A stretch of DNA of 64,000 bases from Geosiphon pyriformis uo1 (taxonomy: Eukaryota > Fungi > Glomeromycota): contig JAAOMT010000502.1 in the NCBI GenBank assembly GCA_016748015.1, positions 434,001 to 498,000 of the forward strand. The letters run 5' to 3'. Made by a program: the position numbers and the translations under genes. The notes under the pieces are model-generated. The model had not been told where the DNA came from. It saw only the letters and a program-made list of their open reading frames with translations, and searched no databases. Positions 10,130-21,400 of the stretch are shown here, piece by piece (position 1 is the stretch's first letter; every line of letters begins with the position of its first letter).

Positions 10130-12128
10130 ATGTCGCAGGCAAGACCCTACTGGAACGATCACATTGCAGCTTGGTCCAAGAGATGTGTTTTTCTTTTTTT
10201 ATTCTTTATTGCTTGGAGGTAAAGGCTTATATCTATCATTTTGGTATTTAGGTCGTGGTTGCCCACTGATACTGACTTTGTTGCCACCACCTCAACAACA
10301 CAAAAATCATCATGGTACACACATAAAATGACTCATTGTCCAATTCCACGGCCAATGACCTGGTTAAGAATATCATCAAAATCAACACAGATCTCAGTTG
10401 TTAACAGTGAAGAAGAAGGAATGAACAATAAGAAGCACAAAATTGGAGTGAGTTTTTTTCTTATACTCGGATGAAGCAAAAGGTGGAAGGAATGATGAGA
10501 AGTCTAAAAATTCACATGTATCCAAATGTAAAACAAAAAATGACAATGAAGCAATAATTGGGCTGTGCCAGGAAGAAATAAAAGTTTCAAATATGTTATA
10601 TATATTGAAAATATTGACTTTACATTACATTGTCATTATAGGGTTGTATATAACATGGTAGTAAAAGATTATGTTTCAAACAAGAAAAAAGAAAAAAAGA
10701 AGAAAAAAGGAAAAGGAAAAGAAAAAGAAAAGAGTTATAAGCACTCTGATCTTAAATACTTTTGGAACTTACTAAAAGAATGCATTGCAACAACATGGTT
10801 CTATATGAAAAAAGTGTGTGCTAATGTTCTTGATGAAACCATAAAAGAGACCATTCAAGTCCAGGAGCTTGTCATTCGCCAAAACATTAAGACACAAAAG
10901 CTTGGACAACCTGTCAAGCATCGTCTCTGATTTTGCTTGCAAAAACAATTACAATTCGAGAGCAAAACTGCAAAAATGGTTTGCTGTTCTATAAATATAA
11001 ACTTCATTCATGGAAGCAATTGTCTAGTGATCAACCTGGTTTTAAACAAAAAAACAAAAACAAAAAACTAAAGAAATGGTGAAATAAACAGTAAAATAAC
11101 CACAAGTCTGACCAACAATCACAGAAGTCCCAAAAGCAAACACCCAGTCCTCAACATCAAAATTCCAAGCAAAAAAAAATAGCAGACAAAAGAAACAAAA
11201 ACAACAACAGAATAACCATAAATCTGGCTCTTAACAATCATTACAGTCACTATAATCCCAAAAACAAAAAATTTATTTACGATGGAAAAATGCCAACACT
11301 TCATCTTGCGCATCAAAAAAAAATAATAATTGGCCCAACAAGGAAGGAAAGACGCATTGTGATAGCAAACTGATATATGACCAGTTGCTCTAGCAGTGGA
11401 CATTTATATGGGTCTATGAGAAAAAAAGGCTACCTTCTAATGATAATAACAAGAACCAAGTGAAAATTTGCTTTCTAGAACCAGGTGTTCATATCTTTCA
11501 GACCTGATAAGTTAATAACAGAAATGAGATGTTAAAAATAAAATATTAAAAGCGAAATGTTATAATTGATTTATAACCTGTTGTACTATTAATTAACAGG
11601 TATTCTCCAACACAAAACTGTGTCCACATCTGTCTTGTGCTCAATCGCCTAATCTCTCTCATGGCTCAGGCTCCTGCGAAGAAGCATAACTCGATGCGAT
11701 GTGCACAGGCACAAATACGTCAACGAATTCGCAATCTTGTGGATGAGGTCCACAAGAAGACCATTCTATGGCTCGTAAAAATGTTTAACATCATCATCAT
11801 TCCACCCTTCAATGCAAGCCAGATGGGAAGAAAGACCCAAAAACGGAAAATTAATTCCAAGACAGTTCAAAAGATGATAACATGGGCACACTCAAAGTTC
11901 AGAAAGAGGGTTTTATAAAAAGCCGATAAATATGGAAAACGAGTGTGCACAGTCTCAGAGGCATATACAAGCAAGACCTGCAGTCAATGTGGGTGGATCA
12001 ACAAAAAACTTGGAGGAAAGAAGTTCTTCTGTTGCCATGGGTGCGATTTGAATATTGATAGAGATGTTAATAGTGCATGCGGTATTTTTCTTCGAGCTCT
12101 ATTGAATGGCTGCATAAAATTTGAATAG
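10130..12128 (+). pseudogene. Fanzor2 (IS607-TnpB-derived RNA-guided endonuclease), intron-containing, inactivated
   Basis: N-terminal PYWND..WSKR/WLPTDTD; HTH motif RSLKIHMYPNVKQKMTMKQ*LGCAR|VVYN; RuvC-I ICFLEPGVHIFQTW|YSP (DPG>EPG, 11478); bridge helix RIRNLVDEVHKK; IIIPPF where the canonical RuvC-II Glu would be, with the relocated Glu in VSEAYTSKTC (11958); zinc finger CSQC..CHGC; RuvC-III DRDVNSACGIFLR. Stops at 10555, 10928 and 11916. Confidence 0.9.
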
Positions 12129-12249
12129 TGGCTAAGTGAGACTCTAACACTTTACCGAATTCTGTTGTCAACAACACCTCGACTGGTAGTAGCATTTTTT
12201 TTTTTAAAAAAAAGAGACGAGATTTATTATAAAAAAAATAAAATGACGA

Positions 12250-12476
12250 CAGTGCCAGGGTGGGATAAGATCGGCGAGCACTTAAAACATACAGCTGGAT
12301 GAGTGCCTGAAGGATTTCCTTCGGGCTTTGCTGGATGGAGCTGTCCTTTGGGGCACCAGTTGAATGATTGGTTATGTTGGCTAGTAACAGCCAATGTTGT
12401 GTATAATTGTACGACTCAATCCATCCGTATATCCTACAAGTTTACATATTTATACGTGGCTTTCAAACTTCTTTTT
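12250..12476 (+). ncRNA. Putative stand-alone Fanzor omegaRNA (scaffold about 12250-12427; putative guide from 12428)
   Basis: 12302-12338 aligns with the Fanzor CDS end 12072-12109 (27/38 identities by hand; FLRALLDG vs FLRALLNG). Hairpins: cctgaagg/ccttcggg, gcactt/gagtgc, atgttggct/agccaatgt. Long-range pairs: gtgcc/ggcac, acagct/agctgt, ggatgga/tccatcc. TATA-like tract at about 12228; T5 at 12472-12476. Confidence 0.6.
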
Positions 12477-14084
12477 AGCAGGGCAACTACCAACGAGTAA
12501 GAGAAACTTACTTTTTCAATTAATTTGGTTTGCTTAAAGCAGTGCTGCCGAATTCTGTATTAATATTTTTCACTAAATATGGAGAAATAAATTTAGGTCA
12601 AGTAAGATTAATAAGATTCTATCATTCAAATGACTCACTAATTCATCATTTGAGCTTAAATTTATTTTAGTCAATTTAAGAGGGGATTTCACCCTTTTAT
12701 TTCTACTAGGGACGTTTAGTTTGGCACCAAACGAGTTCTTGTTGGAGAAAATTTCTCGAGAGAATTTAAAATTTTCAATGTTAAATAATTCCTCTTAAAT
12801 AGAAGAGCTTTAAACCAAGCAATCATTTTTAAAAGAACTTTTTAGTTAAACTAAAATTAAAAGATTCATATAAAAACTTACAACACGTCATGAACCTCTC
12901 AATTAGGCTGATATAAGATTTTTTATATAAGTAAAAAATGATTCAATCTTTCTAAAATTGATGGGTAAGTTATCGGACTGTTTATAAATAATTCTCTTGG
13001 GTCAAGAAGAGTTTAGCTATCTAATTTTTTGGAAAAAAGTTAATAATCCTAATTTTTTGCTTTATGGATCAAAGTTCAAAATAAATTTTTATTTCTTTCA
13101 GATTGCTTGACATCGTACAGAAATAGGCAAGCGGAAAGAAATTTTACCGTTTGGCTTTTAAATGGGGAAGGACTTTTTTTTTATTTTTAACTGAGCATTC
13201 GCCAAGTCCAGTGAACAAAGTTGACTTGACCAAACTTTCAGGTGAACCAAATTGTTTAACAAAATGATGCTTTGAAGATTTTCGTGATGAGGTATAATCG
13301 AACTGACTGCTCATAGTGATGCCAAAAATTACGCAGAAATCACATTGTCTGAAGTTTCTGTTCATTTATTCAAAGTGTTTGTGTCCATCAGAGCTATTCA
13401 TGGTAATTTATTTTTTGTAGATTTATGTGTCCTATGAGATGAAGAGAGAGTAAGTAAGAAAGATAATCAATAAATGGCATGAGGAATGTGCAGTCATTCT
13501 GAAACTTTAAATGTTGTTTCAAATGTCACTCCCACCATATCTCACATTTATTTAAGCCGTTTTGAGTTTAGATAACATAAATTTGAATGCTTAATTTTTT
13601 TATATATTGATAGCAAAAAGCAAAGTATTTTACTTAAAAAAAAAACAAATTCAAATGTTATCCTGATCTCTTCCCAATAAAGCAAACAAATAATCTATAT
13701 TTTAGGCCGATTTACAACTCTAGTCCAAATAAAGCACACTAGAAAAGCCAATTCGATTAATACGGACAATTTGCGTTATAAAATCTTGAGATAACTCTGA
13801 TAATCACATAATATGAAAAAGCCTCCAAATAAATTTAATGGTAACATAATTTTGCTCAGTGATTTAGGATTTTTTTGGTTTAAATAATCGGAATTTCTAA
13901 GTAGAAAGTCTAGACAGCTCAAGACTGGGTGGGTCTTTTATTTATTGAAAATTGAGGAGCGCTTTTTTTAATTAACTGCGATCTCATGATAAAGTTTCAC
14001 TTGCAGAATTACGTCAATTTTTTAGGAATAACAATTATTATTATTAATTGATTATTTTCCAAATGATCTGTATATCTGAAGTGC

Positions 14085-14087
<3 letters not shown>

Positions 14088-14119
<32 letters not shown>
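14088..14119. repeat. (ATA)n microsatellite
   Basis: About 10 copies read directly. Confidence 0.8.
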
Positions 14120-14120
<1 letters not shown>

Positions 14121-14621
14121 GTATCAAAGGACATTAATTTCTTATTTTAATAGTTTACACTACTGAAATATTTAAAAGTTTAATTGCGAAAATATCAATC
14201 TCAACTTTATAGAAAAAAGACTTTTTCAATAAACAAATTTACGTAGTTTTCGCTGATGAAAAGTTTAGAATCAAAAACGATGTGAAAATTTACTACAAAG
14301 AAATTTCCAAGAAAATGTATCAATTATAATTGGTATGCAGTTCAAGCAAAAGAACCTATTCGATCATTAGTGAATGAATTTATTATCTCGTGGTAAATGA
14401 CCTTAATTCCAATTGGCCAGAATGTAACATTTTTAAAATTATCAACCAATACAATATAAATGTACAATGCATATCTTATTCAGATTATGTGACACTTAAC
14501 AATTCAATTTTTATTATATCAATTGGAAAATGTGAGACTCAAGTTAAAGGTCTACTATACATTAATAATCTAGCCTTTCATTAGAAAGTTATAATTATTT
14601 CTCAAACTAAAATTTTCAAGT

Positions 14622-15705
<1,084 letters not shown>

Positions 15706-15823
15706 TTATTGGGCAAATTTGGTAAAGAGTAAAAGGGAATAATAAAATTTTGGTAAAATGACAGATAAAAATCTTGAAGACTTGAAAAAAAAAAAAAAAA
15801 AAAGAAGAGTGGAATTAAAGGGG

Positions 15824-15950
15824 GTTTATATAGATATTGCAAAGAGGGATTTTGACGAATGAGTATTCGTAAGCCATTTAATTAATCATCATCATTATTA
15901 TTGAGTGATGCAGGCGTAAAAAAAAGAAGAGAAGCATCTGGAAAAGTTTT
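15824..15950 (-). promoter_or_regulatory. Polyubiquitin promoter: TATA box and a degenerate heat-shock-element-like motif
   Basis: ctatataaa on the minus strand at about 15825-15833; imperfect nGAAn array GAAgcATCtgGAA at about 15931-15943. Confidence 0.35.
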
Positions 15951-16016
15951 TGTAATAATCGCACAAAGAATCTTTTACAAATAATACAAAGGGGCAGAAT
16001 GCGTAGTAATGATGCA

Positions 16017-16200
16017 GGCTGTATGGCTCAGAAGCAACAAAGCGGATCAGAATTGCGGTGGTTACATTGTTGTTGGGTGTTAAAACTCCGAAGTGTTCAC
16101 CCAGCCAAAGGGAGACTGCATTGGCTTGGCAATATGACCAAACATCGGGTAAAGGGGGCTCCGTTCCTTACAATCACCGATCAGTGTTTATCAACATAAT
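16017..16200 (+). ncRNA. Fungal SRP RNA (7SL/scR1)-like sequence, probably a degenerate copy; 3' end uncertain
   Basis: 5' ggctgtatggct is one A short of the fungal Alu motif GGCTGTAATGGCT. Helix-5-like pairs: ggttacattgt (16060) with gcaatatgacc (16129), and agcgga with tccgtt. Helix-6-like tgttgggtg/cacccagc. Helix-8-like gccaa-agg-gaga-ct-gca-ttggc. Confidence 0.5.
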
Positions 16201-17599
16201 GACTAACAATATTTGCTAACTATTATTGGTAAGCAGCGCAAGAATTATGAAGAAATAAATTTGCGAATTTTTTAATTAAAATTCAAATATTTAATCTGTT
16301 TATTGAATTATTTTAATTTGAAATATTTGAAAAATTCTTATTAGCTATTTATTAATTTAATCATTTAAAAATTTGTTTAAAAATCTTCAATTAATTTAAG
16401 TTATAAATAATAAAAATAAAAATCAGAATTTTTACACATTATTATTTATATTCATATTTAATACAAATATTATAAGAATAAATAATAAAATAAAAAATAT
16501 TAATTATATTTTGAATATTTCTAAAAAAAATAAACTAAATTATTTGCGTAAAAAAAAATTTTTTATAAATAAAATAAATAGTTACAATTTTTTAATTAAT
16601 TAATTTACAATAATTTTATAAAGTACATTAAAATTTTTATAAACCCATATTATTATAAAAATTAAAATGGGCAATAAAATAATTTATATATAATTACATA
16701 ATTTATTAAATTAAATTAAACAACATAATAAAATACAAAATAATTTTCTTTCAAATTTTTTTGTACACAATTATATTTATTAATTATTAAATTATTATTT
16801 TGAATTCAATTCAATATAAAAAATTATAAATATTAAATAGATTATATATAAAAATTAATTATTAATAATAAATCTGAAAATTTTCAAAAAGTAAATAGTA
16901 AGATTACTGAAGTTGGAATTTGTCAAACTATTAAAATATCAAACAAATAAATAAAAAAAAATTATTTTAAAAATTGATGGAAATATTGTTTATTTTTAAT
17001 TTATGAAGTCAGAACTTTTGTAAATATCAAGTTTTTTGTTAAATGAAAAAGATTTTGTAACTAATAAATTAAAATTTGCTAAAAACTGATACCATTTTTT
17101 TAAAAATTTCAATTAAAAGCTGTCTTTTTATTAATTTGAATTCCATAAAAATGGTGAATTTACGATTTTTGGCTCCAAGGGTGGATTTTAAAAATACATT
17201 TTATCCAAATCATTTACCATTTTAAATTTATAAAATTTTATTTGAAAACACATTTATTTTTAAATTAAAACTTTATTTTGACAATATTGTTCATTGACTT
17301 TTTAGTTTCTTTCCATAATATTTTAATAATTATTTACTTTTCAGAAACTTGAAAGGTTAGAATTCTTTTTTGAAAAAATATTATTTTAAAGAAATAGACT
17401 TTGATTGTAGAATAGAATGATGAATTTTTTTAAATAAATAATCTTACACGCAACCCTCTGTGTTTTTAATCTAAATTAAAAGCTACATGGATTTTCATCA
17501 TCATTTTACTTGCTCAAGTATTAAATTCATCAGAACCAGTTTGTTGTTTAATTCAGTTTTGATTTTTTTTGTAACCCACTTGATTGAATATGAAGTTTT

Positions 17600-18400
17600 T
17601 ATGGCAATATATATTAGAATGCTCAATGCTTATGACAATTCAGGAAATTGTTAAATTTTCAATCACTATTCTCAAGCGTGTTAAAGAAGTGAGCATTAAG
17701 AAAACTTTTTTACATTAGCCAATCTAAGTTACTTCTTTACTTTACTTGAAAAAAATACACAAATATGTACAGATTTAAAAGAAGAAGCCTCTTATTGTTC
17801 ATTACAAGAAGTTTTTGCTCACTTATAAAGTGTGTCATGGGTGAAAGAACGGAGTTAGAACTTTATGAACACTATTTCAAAATCACTAGGCACCAGGCCT
17901 ATTAAAACTGAGAGTCGAGCAAAGAAATTTTAGTTGAAACGCTTGAAAAAAATGAGTTTCCAATAAATCAAATTTTGAATTAGAATTATTTTAGAATTTT
18001 TGAAGTTAAAAGGTACATACATATCACAAAGTTTTATCCCTAAAAGTTGCTCGTCTTTACCGATCCAATAGTTTTCGAAAAAACGGTTTGCGCCCTTGAA
18101 ACAATTGAACTACGATCGTTCATATTCTTATTTTTTAAGCAGATAAATATATTTTGATAGTTGATGCCCGGGTGTCGAATCGTTTTTTTAATTTTGGTGA
18201 GCAAGCCGAGAATATCTTGGTCTCTTTTGTTTATTCCAGTTTTTGACTGAGGACGTTGTTTGACCATTTTGAAAGATTTTCTCAAGATTATTATGATATC
18301 AAAGCGTGTGAAATTTTAGGTGTTATATGAGTGAAAAATGATTTTAGGATGTGATAAATTTAAAGAAAGTGAAGACAGGATGACTTGGAGTTTTGAGTGT
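17600..18400 (+). pseudogene. Unidentified decayed coding remnant
   Basis: Locally higher GC and CpG, with codon-like runs (LLVFTDPIVFEKTVCALETIELRSF; DKYILIVDARVSNRFFNFGEQAENILVSF) broken by stops. No family recognised. Confidence 0.25.
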
Positions 18401-21400
18401 TTTTTAAAATTCAAGCTATTTATTTTATCCATGTTTTTAAGATTCATTTCATGCATCCAAACACAACATTTAACTTGAAAATATGATTGTTCTAGGTTTT
18501 CAAAGATCTTTGTAAATTTTACTTTCTTCATGAAAACCAGGTTAATAAGTTCATTGTTATGTATACTATTATCATCATGTTTCTGTTGTCCTGTTGTGTT
18601 CTATGTGTTCTATGTGTTCTATTTCTAAATTCTTTATGATTCTCCGTTAGATCAGTAATATATAAGGGGGATTTGAGTTTCGGATATGTACAGTATTTCT
18701 TTGCACAATAGGCAAAAACACTGAGCCCCTTTTTTTTTAATGCCCCCTTTGACATGCGCTGAACCGGTTTAAATCATGATAAAGAATATTTTTCCTTTAT
18801 TCAAGCTTTTTATCCTATAAATTGTAATTAGCACTCAATTTATCAACCTGATTTCGAAAAGTTTTGTTAATTGGTAATGCATCCAAAGTTTATTTACGAT
18901 TAAATTTTGTTTTCTTTTTTTAATCTTTTTCCTGAAAAAGGAAGCTCTATTTTCTCAACAGTTAATCACTGCAACCTACTGCAAACTCTTCAAATCTGAT
19001 TTTCGATGTGAGTTATTTCTCATATAAAGGATGATTGTAACCGTTAATGAGAAATTGGGATGTCCTCCATTCATATACCCTATCAATCCTTAAATTCAAG
19101 ACTTGTCTTATAATCAACTGGATTAATAATCTCATGTGGCACAAAAAGAGTTGTGCTATGTGCATTCTATTCTTCACCCAATAGACTAGTGTACTTTTTG
19201 TTCGATTAAATATACAAGTTATTTAATAATTTAGAGTTTCAATATAAATAAAGCATATATTTAAACCTTTGTTTCAATGTTACAATTCATTTAGGAATGG
19301 ATTAAGGTAAAAATCCAAGATTTGGCTTCTCTTTTTGTGTTATAAGAGATATTTTTTAATTTTTCTATCAAAAGTTTAATTTTTTAAAAGTTAATAATTT
19401 TAAAAATTCAAAAAATTATTGTCAATTAAACATGCACTGAAATTTTTTCAAAAAACAAATAAAAAATTTTTATATATCTGAAAAATGCAAATTTCTAAAC
19501 CAAAAAAATATTATAATAATAGTTAATAAAATTTTATTTTTACTCATTTCTTACAATATTAACATTAATTAATGTGTGGTACAAAGAATTTCAATTAAAA
19601 TGAAATATTTTGCAAACAATTTTCAACCCAATTATACTCTCTTATATATATTATATCTTTCAAATTTCGAATAAAAACCTCGCTGAATAAGCAATTAAAG
19701 AACTAACAATAATCACTCATACTTCTAAGAAGAATTAAAAAAAAAACAAGCATATTTTATTGAAGTTTAAAACAAAAAAAAATTCAAAAAATTTGATTGT
19801 TATGATTAAATAATTTTGTTCACTCACTTCATATTTCAATTCTAAATGAATGAAATTTTTTTGGTCAAAAATAAACTTCACCAATAGTTATTCAAAAACT
19901 TTAATTGAAAAAAATTAATTAATCGAAAAAAGATTGTTGCATTGATCATATTCATAAAATTTAAACAAAGCTCCTATTTTGAAATCATAATCATAATTTG
20001 ATTAAGCCTAAATCAAAATATTTTGATATCACTCATTCAACAAATTCAGAATTTAAATCTTATAGTAAGAATTACGAATGCTTTTACTAGGTTATTAATA
20101 CAAAAAGATTTACTATAAATAAAAAATTTGCAATAAATTTATTTGGTAAATGCAAAAAACTTTGGAATAAAACCGACTCAATATTTTTTTCCATAAAATT
20201 TTATGTATTCCAAAGATAGATTTAACATCAAAATCAATTACGTTCTATTCATTCATAATATCTTTTGAAATTACATTAAAAGTTTTTTTTAATTTCAGGG
20301 AACTTTTAAATTTTCTATGGTCCAAAAATATCAAAAGCCATGATAAAAAAAATTTCATTGAAATACTCATAAAAGTCTCAAGTTTTTTATCAAAATTCAA
20401 AACCAATTTTCATAATTTCATTTCTTGACAAGTCAATAAAAACCTACATCAATTATAGAAAATAGAATTTTATATACATTCAGATTACATATTAAGAAAA
20501 TATTACCTTATTTTGAATTTTAAAAATTACCATGGCTTTATTGTTCAAATTATTTCTGCATATTTAATTGCATTCAATAGAAATTATATCAGAAAAAATA
20601 TTTTTTAACTTGCTCAAATTGAAAAAAGAAGAAAAAACTAAATATAAAAATACAATTTTCTAGAATCAATTCAAGAGCCATAAAATTTTTGATTTTAGAA
20701 CTCAAACCCACATAATCTAATAGCAAAAAATACAATTTCATTTGAAATAAGATTTTTAACTTTTAAAATTAATATCAACGTATGATATATAAAGGAAAAA
20801 CTTGACTTTAATTTACACAGAATTAAAATATTTATAACATATCAATTATTATGACATATTTCATATTTGTAAAAAAAGATATGTGATGTGAACTCAAATA
20901 TTATTTTATATAACAACTGAAAACAAATTTTTATTTTAAAACTTTTAAAATATAATGAAAAAAATTAAAACCAATCAAATGTATTTTAAAATACTTGTAT
21001 ACAATAATATTATTATATAAATTAAAAACCAATATTTAAAATCAAAAAAAAATCCAAAATTTATTTTAATTAAATAAAACATGTTATTTTTTTTGGATTT
21101 TTAAAACTAGTTTATATTATAAAATAACATAATTTGCATGACTTTATTTTAATTTTCATTAAAAGAAGCCAAAATTATTATAAGACAGTTTTTAAATAAT
21201 AATATTAAAAAATCTACAAAAAGCCATTAATACTTTATATTTTATTTTAAAAATTTGAGCATTTCAGATAGTTAATACATTTTAATAATAACAAATTATA
21301 TTTCAATTTCAATTCATTTATTTAATATGTTATTTGTCAGTTATAATGAATTCTTTTTCAAACTTATTTATTTTGAATACAATTTCTTTAAACACAACAA

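Noticed and set aside
9430-10130. IS607 serine recombinase or a defined left end upstream of Fanzor
   Set aside because: No YARVS-like motif, TIR or TSD could be identified. The 9889-10083 ORF has no recognisable motifs.
12303-12500. 65-aa ORF over the structured island
   Set aside because: GTG start and no protein motif. The Fanzor-like residues are in another frame, and the stems are better explained by an RNA.
13100-13400. Second lipase remnant (FGSP and LFTG-like peptides)
   Set aside because: The motifs are in the wrong order and too short to support a call.
15999-16199. 66-aa ORF upstream of polyubiquitin
   Set aside because: No motif; overlaps the SRP-RNA-like structure.
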